Below the pieces are notes generated by a model. The model saw nothing but the letters and a program-made list of their open reading frames with translations, did no database searches and was not told where the DNA came from. A DNA stretch of 64,000 bases from an uncultured Bacteroidales bacterium (GTDB lineage: Bacteria; Bacteroidota; Bacteroidia; Bacteroidales; VadinHA17): assembly GCA_963829255.1 (NCBI GenBank), contig CAWHIG010000012.1, forward strand, positions 23,314 through 87,313, given 5' to 3'. A program made the translations under genes and the position numbers. Position 1 is the stretch's first letter. Each line of letters begins with the position of its first letter. Shown here one piece after another: positions 52,728 through 61,010 of the stretch.

Positions 52728-54334
52728 TCATTTATAGTCATATGGTCCTTTGGTTATTACAGGGATTTCTTCAAAATTTTCAACCGGTGGCGGGGAAGTG
52801 AATAGTCCATTCCAGGGTTTTGCCGCCCCAGGGATCTGAAGGTGCTTTGGTTCCGCTTCTTAATGAAGAAATCAGGTTAATTATAATTACAGCCAGTCCG
52901 AAGTACATTACCATAGCTCCAAATGAGGAAAAAATATTTCCGGTGTGAAATATTTCATCATAATCATAATACCTTCTGGGCATACCTTTCATTCCAAGGA
53001 AAAACATTTCACCGTAAAGCGTGATAAATCCGGCAAAGAAAATAAGTAAACCTATATTGGCCCATCGGGAATCATACATTTTACCGGTAATTTTCGGATA
53101 CCAGTAATGCATAGCGCCAAAAAAGGCAAAACCGGTTCCTCCGAAAACAATAAAATGGAAGTGGGCAACAACAAAATGTGTGTTATGCAGATGAATATCG
53201 GTAGCAAGTGACCCCAGAATAAGTCCTGAAAATCCTCCAATCATGAATACAAAGAGGAACCCGACTGCCCAATAAAAAGGAGTTTGCAGATCAATTGAAC
53301 CTTTATGCATGGTAGCTATCCAGTTAAATACTTTTATCGCACTGGGGATTGCTACAATAAATGTCAGCAGTGAAAAAGTATAAAGAGCTGTTCCGCTCAT
53401 TCCGGAAGTGAACATGTGATGGCCCCAGATAAAATAACCGACAAACGCAATAGCAATGCTTGAAGCAACAATGAATTTATAACCGAATATTGTTTTGTGA
53501 CAAAAGTTGGTATAATTTCAGAAATTGCCCCCATTGCAGGCAAGATCATAATATAAACTGCCGGATGGCTGTAAGTCCAGAATAAATGCTGATAAAGAAG
53601 AGGATCTCCTCCCAGTGTCGGATCGAAAAAACCAATATGTAAAGTTCTTTCAGCAACTATCATAAGCAATGTGATCCCGATTATTGGAGTGGCAAGCAGT
53701 TGTACCCATCCTGTAGCATATAGTGTCCAGGGAAATAAAGGCATTTTCAGCCAGGTCATTCCGGGAGCACGCATCCTGTGAATAGTCACTAAAAAATTCA
53801 GTCCGGTAAGTATGGATGAAAACCCAAGGACAAATGCCCCAAAAACTGCCGGAAGCATATTCCGGTTGTTCTGAAACTGTATGGAGCATAGAATGTCCAT
53901 CCGGTATCCGGAGGTCCCTGCCCTGTAAATTGTGAGATCAGCACTAGTGAAACACCGGTAACATAGAAATACCAGGAAAGGAGATTAAGTCTTGGAAAAG
54001 CAACATCTTTTGCCCCGATCATAATCGGAAGGAGGAAATTGCCGAATACGGCAGGCAGTCCGGGAATGACAACTGCAAAAATCATTATAATGCCATGGAG
54101 AGTAAAAAACGCATTATATGTCTGTGCGGTCATAATAGTTTTGCCCGGGGCAATGAGCTCAAACTTCATTAATAAACCAAGAGTAGCTCCTACGGCAAAG
54201 AATGTAAGTAAAGAAAAGAGATACAATAAAGCAATTCGTTTATGATCAGTGGAGAGTATCCAGGAAAATATTCCTTTATATTTTCCTTTATAATCCAGAT
54301 AACTGGGTTCAACATTATTCTTTTGTCTGATCAT
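52728..54334 (-). pseudogene. cytochrome c oxidase subunit I, at least 3 frame breaks
   Basis: Consecutive fragments at 53798..54334, 53397..53900 ([19 protein letters not shown]) and 52780..53415 (MFTSGMS...HFHFIVFGG), plus a shifted C-terminal tail ending at 52728. Confidence 0.85.
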
Positions 54335-55124
54335 CTATTGATCCTTGATTTTGATTTTACACGGGAAAATGCCAGAACAATAAATACCAATACCATTATG
54401 AACGAAATAACAATTGCTGAGACTCTCGTTACATTAAAAACAAACTGGTTTCCTTTGGTATCATACGAATAGCAAACTGCAAGCAGGCGGTTTATACTTG
54501 GCCCGATTTTTCCTTTTGCAGCTTCAACCATAGTGATTTTGATGTCAAATGGCAGAAATTCAATTCCCCTCAGGTAACGTATAATCTTTCCATCAGAACC
54601 AAGAGCGATCAGCCCTGTAGGATGCACATACTGATTGTTTATCTTTTGATAATTGAATCCAACGGATTTGGTTAATTTGGCAATGTTCAGACTGTCGGAT
54701 ACAAAAAAATGCCAGTCTTTTGCTGCCTCTTTATTCTTCATCGTACTGACGTAAGCAGCTTTCTTTTTAATACCCAGATCGATTTTTTCAGTAGGATCAA
54801 AACTGATTGTAATAACTTCATAGTCCTTACCCAGTTTAAGATCGACATCCATCTATGAATTTGGAGATTCCCCACATCAGAGGACTGCACGTTCCGGCAC
54901 ATTCAAAATAAACCAGATTGAGAATTGCTGGTTTATTAATAACATCTTTTAATAAGAACTGTATCCCCATTCTCATTAACAAGTTTTGTATCAAGGGCAG
55001 CAACTGGCCTTGTTTCTCGTCAAAACTAACCTGCATCTGCTTGTCAAACAGAGGCTGTCTGAGAAAATGAGTCAATGCTGATCAGACAAATAAATAATGC
55101 CAGAAACAATTTGAGTTAATTCAT
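54331..55124 (-). pseudogene. SCO1/SenC copper chaperone, at least 2 frame breaks
   Basis: Signal-like LKLFLALFICLIS after an ATG at 55124 with TAA as codon 3. KPAILNLVYFECAGTCSPL (CxxxC) in ORF 54836..55075. DYEVITISFDP... in ORF 54331..54852. Confidence 0.7.
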
Positions 55125-55215
55125 AGTAATACATAAGGATATTATTGTTATAAAGATATTATAAATTTCGTCAGGTTAAATCAAATATAATCTTCGTTTC
55201 TCTACACCGGATATC

Positions 55216-55596
55216 TTATTTTTTTTGTTCTTCTTCCTCGGAATATATACCTGCAATCATCAATGATCCTCCCATAAGTGAGATATCTTTTAAAAGTGCA
55301 ATTATTGTAGAAGTTTTGTCGGCATCAATAAAAAGGTGCGGAATGTGAATTGTTACGATAAAAATAAATAACAGTATTGCCAGCAGAATTGTTGACAATT
55401 TCACAAACTTTTTTGTAATTATACTGATACTGGCAGCTATCAGCATTATACCTGTAAGAATTATTGTGTATGCCCCGAGCGGTATAAAGGAAGTCAGCAC
55501 TCCCAGATAATAATCTGTCATCAGGAAATGGTTAATCCCGAAAAGTGCAAATGGAATTGCAAAAAGAATTCTTCCGAGAGCAGTGATTTTTTTCAT
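55216..55596 (-). CDS. DoxX-family membrane protein
   Basis: 126 aa, four TM helices, N-terminus GRILFAIPFALFGINHF. Confidence 0.6.
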   Translation of the reverse strand: MKKITALGRILFAIPFALFGINHFLMTDYYLGVLTSFIPLGAYTIILTGIMLIAASISIITKKFVKLSTILLAILLFIFIVTIHIPHLFIDADKTSTIIALLKDISLMGGSLMIAGIYSEEEEQKK

Positions 55597-55761
55597 ATTT
55601 AACGAATTTAATACTAAGCGGTTGCATGCAAAAAGTCTACCATAAATGTAAGAATTATTTGGGATATAATTAAATACTTAATATATTATCAGATATCTTT
55701 TTCCGTTGGCTGAAGTGTGAACAAAAACTGATTATAAATGTTCTAAAGAGAAAAAATAATC

Positions 55762-56490
55762 ATGGAAAGAAGAAAATTTTTTAAGTCAGTTGGGTTGTTA
55801 ACTGCAGCTGCCTACATCGGCCCCAGAGTCTTAGGTAACATCCAGGAACCTGTAAAATCTTCAAAAATTGAAGGTGTTCCGGCAACGGAATTTCCCCCTT
55901 TGCCTTTTGCATACAATGCTTTGGAACCCTATATTGATGCAAGAACTATGGAGATACATTATGACAAGCACCACCGTGCCTACTATACCAATTTTATGGC
56001 TGCGATCAAAGGCACTCCACTTGCAGGGAAGCCGCTAAGTGACATTTTTACGGTAATGTCAAAACAAACTGATGCAGTAAGAAACAATGGCGGAGGTTAT
56101 TATAACCATTTGTTCTTCTGGAATAATCTGAGTGCCAAATCTTCAGGGCCATCCGGTGACTTGTCTGCTGCTCTGACAAAATCGTTTGGTTCAGTTGATA
56201 AATTTAAAGAGACATTTAACACTGCTGCCAAAACACGGTTTGGCAGCGGGTGGGCCTGGTTATTTCTTGGAGCCGACAAAAATTTAGCTGTAGCAAGCTC
56301 GCCAAATCAGGATAACCCACTAATGGATCTGTCACCTGTAAAAGGCACTCCTTTATTAACACTGGATGTATGGGAGCACGCGTATTATCTTAAATATCAG
56401 AATAAGAGGCCTGATTATATTGATGCCTTCTGGAATGTAGTGAACTGGGAGGAAGTAAACAGGAGATATCAGGTGGCTGTGAAAGGGTAA
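55762..56490 (+). CDS. Fe/Mn superoxide dismutase with Tat-type signal
   Basis: MERRKFFKSVGLLTAAA, then LPFAYNALEPYIDARTMEIHYDKHH and DVWEHAYYLKYQNKRPDY. Confidence 0.9.
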   Translation: MERRKFFKSVGLLTAAAYIGPRVLGNIQEPVKSSKIEGVPATEFPPLPFAYNALEPYIDARTMEIHYDKHHRAYYTNFMAAIKGTPLAGKPLSDIFTVMSKQTDAVRNNGGGYYNHLFFWNNLSAKSSGPSGDLSAALTKSFGSVDKFKETFNTAAKTRFGSGWAWLFLGADKNLAVASSPNQDNPLMDLSPVKGTPLLTLDVWEHAYYLKYQNKRPDYIDAFWNVVNWEEVNRRYQVAVKG

Positions 56491-56525
56491 TACTTCTTTC
56501 CGGGAACTGCTTATTTTCCTTGAGT

Positions 56526-56556
56526 TTGCCCCCCTGCCCCCCTAAAGAGGGGTTCG
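56526..56556. repeat. GC-rich REP-like module (inverted orientation)
   Basis: TTGCCCCCCTGCCCCCCTAAAGAGGGGTTCG is the reverse complement type of 58401..58432. Lies 36 nt after the SOD stop. Confidence 0.8.
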
Positions 56557-56587
56557 TTCAGCTATATCTCTTTGGATTGCCCCCCTG

Positions 56588-56602
56588 CCATCTTTATACA
56601 CA
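56588..56602. repeat. solitary Tn5-like IS end remnant
   Basis: CCATCTTTATACACA matches the ATCTTTATACACA core of the end at 38628. No partner end or adjacent matching interior. Confidence 0.45.
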
Positions 56603-56753
56603 ATTTTTTTCATAAAACTAGTTAGAGAAGCGGTGTTGTTATTTTTCAGTAGAAGCTGCGAGCCAGTGCTGGTTTGGGATATAGCATACAGATGGCAAAT
56701 TCGGCACCGCTTCTTATTTACCGCGATGTCAGTTATCCTATTATGTTTGTTTA

Positions 56754-58249
56754 TTAGCGGTGAAATTCGCCACTAATTCTCAGTGCCATCTTGTGCAAGT
56801 AGTCTTTGTCAATGTATTTTGACATAAAATCAAATCCATCCATTTTACTATAAAAGTCCACCAATCCGTTTTTCATTGTAATATAGCCGGGAGGTCCGTG
56901 CGATTTGTATCCGCTCCAACTGCCCATTCTGGCAATACCCCATGCTGCCCATTGTATAGTTCCTTTATCGTATGGATTCTTCTGCTTTTCAGTTTTACCT
57001 TCAAGCTCATTCATATAGATATTCATGAACTCTAACTCTTGTTCAGAAAAAATTATGTTTGCTTTTACTTTATGACTGCTGTCAAGAGAAAGTCTTAAGG
57101 TCATTATCCTTAGTCCTACCTGAAGGGCAAGTACAATCAGCTTCTTCAGTCCTGCTCCCGATTCAAGCTGGGCCTCCTCAAAGCAAAGACCTTTAGTTTT
57201 GAGTAAATGAAAAAGTTCTTCTATTAACCATCTCTGACTGTACCATTTAACGTATTTAAGTGCATCATCCGCATTTTTGACTTTATGAGTAGTAACTAAT
57301 GTCCATGAGATCGGATCTTCTCCAGGTTTAACACTCACGGGAAGTTCCCTGGCTTCTATTACCGTTACTTCGTATAAAAGGCGGAATACCATCCTTTATA
57401 GGCCTTTTTGAAGGGTGACCAAGCTTTACTTTCTCCCATTTGAGAGACATCTTCGCTGTATGTTTTGTCCTGTTTTTACCCTTTGGATACATCGAACTCG
57501 TACATGGATCGAACACTTGAAGAGGATATCTTTTTATTTAATTTAATTCCTTCGGATAGCACTCTATCAATATGGGCTCTTATTAACAGATGTGTTCTGC
57601 TGTCTGGTACTGTTGCAAATATTTCATATATATCGCTTTCCCTATCTCCGATTATCGTTATACTATCGGCTTCGCTTAAAGATTCTTTGGTTTTTAGGGC
57701 ACTCGCAATCCATCTATAGGACTCTTTCTCGGTTATATCCAACTTCTTATAATCACGCTCATGCTTGTTTTCCTTATCCCATGATCTATTCCATAGAATC
57801 ATTGATGAAAAGCCAACTGGCATGTCAGTTGAAGGATCAATCACAAGTGTCGGATGGAGGAAAAATCCTGCATTAGTCCACTCTTTTCCAGGATCTTCTT
57901 TCGTAACAGGACCGATATCTCTATCCTCCTTGCCAATCCGTCCCATGTGAGATGTAAAATTATTCTCTGTAGTGTCTTGAATACAAAGATAATGGCCACC
58001 ATTGACATTTTTCTTTAACTGTCTAATGGCCCCTTCTGTCAAATCATCATAATCAAAGCTGTCGTTGAGAAGCATCCTGTAAGCTCCTTCCTTTTCGGCT
58101 AAGGTTTTGCAACTTTTATTTATTACTGCACTACCTCTGTTTAACAAAGCTAACATTAATCCTTCAACTCGCTTTTCTAATCTGGCATCTGGGAGTAAAC
58201 CCTGATAGGTGCCTGTAAAATAATTTTCTTCCATGTATATAATATACAT
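56754..58249 (-). pseudogene. Tn5-like DDE transposase, split over three frames
   Basis: ORFs 57476..58249, 57328..57516 and 56754..57392 are collinear with the 22567..23992 transposase (for example GAYRML, ESYRWI, IIGDRESDIYE, WYSQRW.IEELF, GPPGYI). Confidence 0.8.
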
Positions 58250-58360
58250 GAAAAACTATAGTTATATATCTGATAATCAGCTATATATATCAACAAAACA
58301 GCATAAGTTATTAACATTCAATCACATAGCTAATATATAAATAAATGTGAAATGACGTAG
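56754..58360 (-). mobile_element. second, diverged Tn5-like IS4-family copy, degenerate (left boundary undefined)
   Basis: Candidate right end AAATGTGAAATGACGTAG (58343-58360) lies 126 bp beyond the transposase start, against 131 bp in the first copy. No matching left end found. Confidence 0.55.
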
Positions 58361-58400
58361 CAACATCTCAAATATAGAAAACCCGGGTAAACACCGATTG

Positions 58401-58482
58401 CGAACCCCCCTTTAGGGGGGCAGGGGGGCAAAAAAGGGGGAGTGCCCGAAGAGCCTGCCCCGCAAAGCGGGGGCGAGGGGGT
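58401..58482. repeat. GC-rich REP-like modules
   Basis: CGAACCCCCCTTTAGGGGGGCAGGGGGGCAAAAAAGGGGGAGTGCCCGAAGAGCCTGCCCCGCAAAGCGGGGGCGAGGGGG, ending 4 nt from the acyl-CoA ligase stop. Confidence 0.8.
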
Positions 58483-58485
58483 ATA

Positions 58486-60153
58486 TCAGGTATACAGAAA
58501 CCTTTTAATCTTCATTGTTGCGGTTTTCTGAAAAGGAACCGGGTGTGATACAACTTTCTGGATCTGGCTGAATTTATTTACCTGGGAATTCACGTAATCT
58601 TGTAACTCAGTCAGTACTTCATCAACTTTATCCTCGACATGCCGTGTCATGTCCTGTTTCTGCCGGGTCATATCCTGCTTCAGAATCTGGTATTTCTTTT
58701 CCAGTTCTTCCCTGTTGATATGAACTAATGCCACCAGTTTTCCCTTCTGCTGAACAACCACTGATTCGACAACAAACCTGAAGTTATTTATAATCGATTC
58801 GATTTCTTCAGGATAGATATTTTCACCGCTGGCACCAACGATCATGTTTTTTAACCTTCCTTTTATATACAGGTTGTTATTATGGTCAAGCGTGCCAAGA
58901 TCACCTGTTTTGAACCACCCCTCCGGTGTAAGAACCTCTTTCGTCATTTCAGGTTCTTTATAATAACCCTTCATCACACAAGGTCCTTTAGCCCATATTT
59001 CGCCTTCCCCGGTTTTTGCATCCGGATTATTTATTTTAAGTTCCATGCCTTCCAAAACAGGACCAGTTGACTCAAATACAGCTTTTTGGGCATTAGATCC
59101 TGCGAGAAGCGGGGCTGTTTCGGTAAGTCCGTATCCGATTGCATACGGGAATTTTGCTTCAATAAGGAATTTTTCAACTGTCTTATTTAGTTTTGCTCCA
59201 CCAATACCATAAAACTTCAACTCCCCACCAAACGTTTTCAATAGTTTCTTGCCGGCAGCAGCATTAAGTTTTTTTCTGATCAAAGGGATCTTATAAAGTA
59301 ACTTAAGTATCATTTTGTCCCTGAATGTCGGCATGATCTTATTAAAATAAATTTTTTCAATGATCAGCGGAACAGTCAGCATCATTGTCGGCTTTACTTC
59401 TGCAAGAGCCGGGATCAGGACGGCTGGCGTCGGCGGTTTACGGAGGTAATATATACACGAACCGGCAAGCATAGGTAAAATCAGGCCAAGAGTATTCTCG
59501 TAAGTATGTGACAATGGGAGAACAGAAAGAAACCGATCTGTCTCGTCAAACGACTGTATGGTTCTGCCCTTCAGTGCATTAAAAGTTATATTCTTGTGCG
59601 TAAGCATAACCCCTTTTGAACGACCTGTTGTTCCTGAAGTGTAGATGATTGATGCAAGGTTCTCTTCTTCAACATTATATTTCTTTACAGGAAGCGCAGA
59701 AGAATCGAACTTAGCGGACCCTTTTTCAGAGAAGATCATTGAAAAGTCCTCAATAAGAATAGCGGTCCTCAGATTTTCTGATTTAAATCCTTCTATCCGG
59801 GATAATAATGAGGTAGAAATAAAAATAGCTTTGGCGCCTGAGTGTTCAAGTATATTGGCGACTTCAGTATTTGAAAAATCCGGAAGAATAGGCACGGCAA
59901 CGGCACCCATAAAAGTAATTGAAAAGTAAGCAACTCCCCAGTTTGGCATGTTTAAACTCAGGATTGCCACTTTGTCGCCGGGGCAAATCCCGTTTTTCTC
60001 AAGAAAAGCGATTAAAGCCTGAATCTCCTTATTTGCTGTTTCATAAGTCTTTGGTTCTTCACCGGCAAATGCAAATGCATTACGTTTACCAAACTTCCTT
60101 AATGTCTCATTAAACATCCCAGGGAAAGTGAGCCTGATTCCATTTTCTTCCAT
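58486..60153 (-). CDS. long-chain-fatty-acid--CoA ligase (AMP-binding family)
   Basis: IIYTSGTTGRSKGVMLTHKN and GWFKTGDLG motifs; 555 aa. Confidence 0.85.
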   Translation of the reverse strand: MEENGIRLTFPGMFNETLRKFGKRNAFAFAGEEPKTYETANKEIQALIAFLEKNGICPGDKVAILSLNMPNWGVAYFSITFMGAVAVPILPDFSNTEVANILEHSGAKAIFISTSLLSRIEGFKSENLRTAILIEDFSMIFSEKGSAKFDSSALPVKKYNVEEENLASIIYTSGTTGRSKGVMLTHKNITFNALKGRTIQSFDETDRFLSVLPLSHTYENTLGLILPMLAGSCIYYLRKPPTPAVLIPALAEVKPTMMLTVPLIIEKIYFNKIMPTFRDKMILKLLYKIPLIRKKLNAAAGKKLLKTFGGELKFYGIGGAKLNKTVEKFLIEAKFPYAIGYGLTETAPLLAGSNAQKAVFESTGPVLEGMELKINNPDAKTGEGEIWAKGPCVMKGYYKEPEMTKEVLTPEGWFKTGDLGTLDHNNNLYIKGRLKNMIVGASGENIYPEEIESIINNFRFVVESVVVQQKGKLVALVHINREELEKKYQILKQDMTRQKQDMTRHVEDKVDEVLTELQDYVNSQVNKFSQIQKVVSHPVPFQKTATMKIKRFLYT

Positions 60154-60361
60154 TATCCCCTATTCTTAAGCCAATTATAAAATGCAAAGGTACGGAATTA
60201 TTACGTTCAGTAGTTTAATTGAAATATTTATTACATGAATATCAGAAAAGCAGATTCAAAGTTTGAACTTTTTGTCGGTCAGAATGGTTAATTTTGTTTA
60301 TTAATTTTTGCAGGACATTTCCCCTTTAAACTGAATTGCGGCAGTTGAAAAAGTCTTCTTT

Positions 60362-60462
60362 AACCGCAAAGTACTCGAAGAAGGCACAAAGTACACAAAG
60401 TTAAACACCCATATATCAGCGCTTTGTGACCTTTGAGAAATTGCTTTGTGATCTTTGTGGTT
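60362..60462. repeat. imperfect 100-bp palindrome built from CACAAAG / CTTTGTG units
   Basis: AACCGCAAAGTACTCGAAGAAGGCACAAAGTACACAAAG ... GCTTTGTGACCTTTGAGAAATTGCTTTGTGATCTTTGTGGTT. Confidence 0.7.
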
Positions 60463-60538
60463 AATGGATTTGAAGGGGGTAATAAGACATTATAAATGAG
60501 ATACGGTTACTAATTAAAAGTCTCTGATAAATTTAATT

Positions 60539-61002
60539 TTGAATTTTATGAGTAATATAATAAGAGTTACGAAGGAATTCCCTTTTGAAATGGCACATGT
60601 ACTATGGAATTACGATGGTCCCTGCAAAAATGTTCATGGCCATTCATATCGGTTTTTTGTAACAATATCAGGAATCCCGGAAGACAATCCTGACAATCCA
60701 AAGAATGGAATGGTGATAGATTTTAGCGATCTTAAAAAGTATAGTTAAAAAGGAGATAGTCAATGTCTTTGATCATTCGGTGGTAGTTAAGCAATATGGT
60801 AGACAGGGAAAAGACAGAGATGTTTAAAAAGATGTTCGGAAATACTGTGCTGGTAGGCTATCAGCCGACCTGTGAAAATCTGGTAGCTGATTTTGCCGGA
60901 AGGATTACACCTCAACTTCCTTCCCGGGTTAAATTACACAGTCTTAAACTTTATGAAACAGCAACTTCGTTCGCCGAATGGTTTGCTTCAGATAACCAAT
61001 AA
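60539..61002 (+). pseudogene. queD: 6-carboxytetrahydropterin synthase QueD, two frame breaks
   Basis: FEMAHVLWNYDGPCKNVHGHSY in frame 1. SIVKKEIVNVFDHSVVV in frame 2, after the A5 run at 60734-60738. VLVGYQPTCENL in frame 3, with the break at 60790-60830. Confidence 0.8.
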
Positions 61003-61010
61003 AATCCACT

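Noticed and set aside
38628-58360. A composite-transposon reading: Tn5-like ends at 38628 and 58360 bracketing the respiratory island.
   Set aside because: The two outer ends are diverged from each other, there is no shared 9-bp duplication at the outer flanks, and the left element is a non-autonomous fragment with anomalous flanks. This is co-location, not demonstrated mobility.
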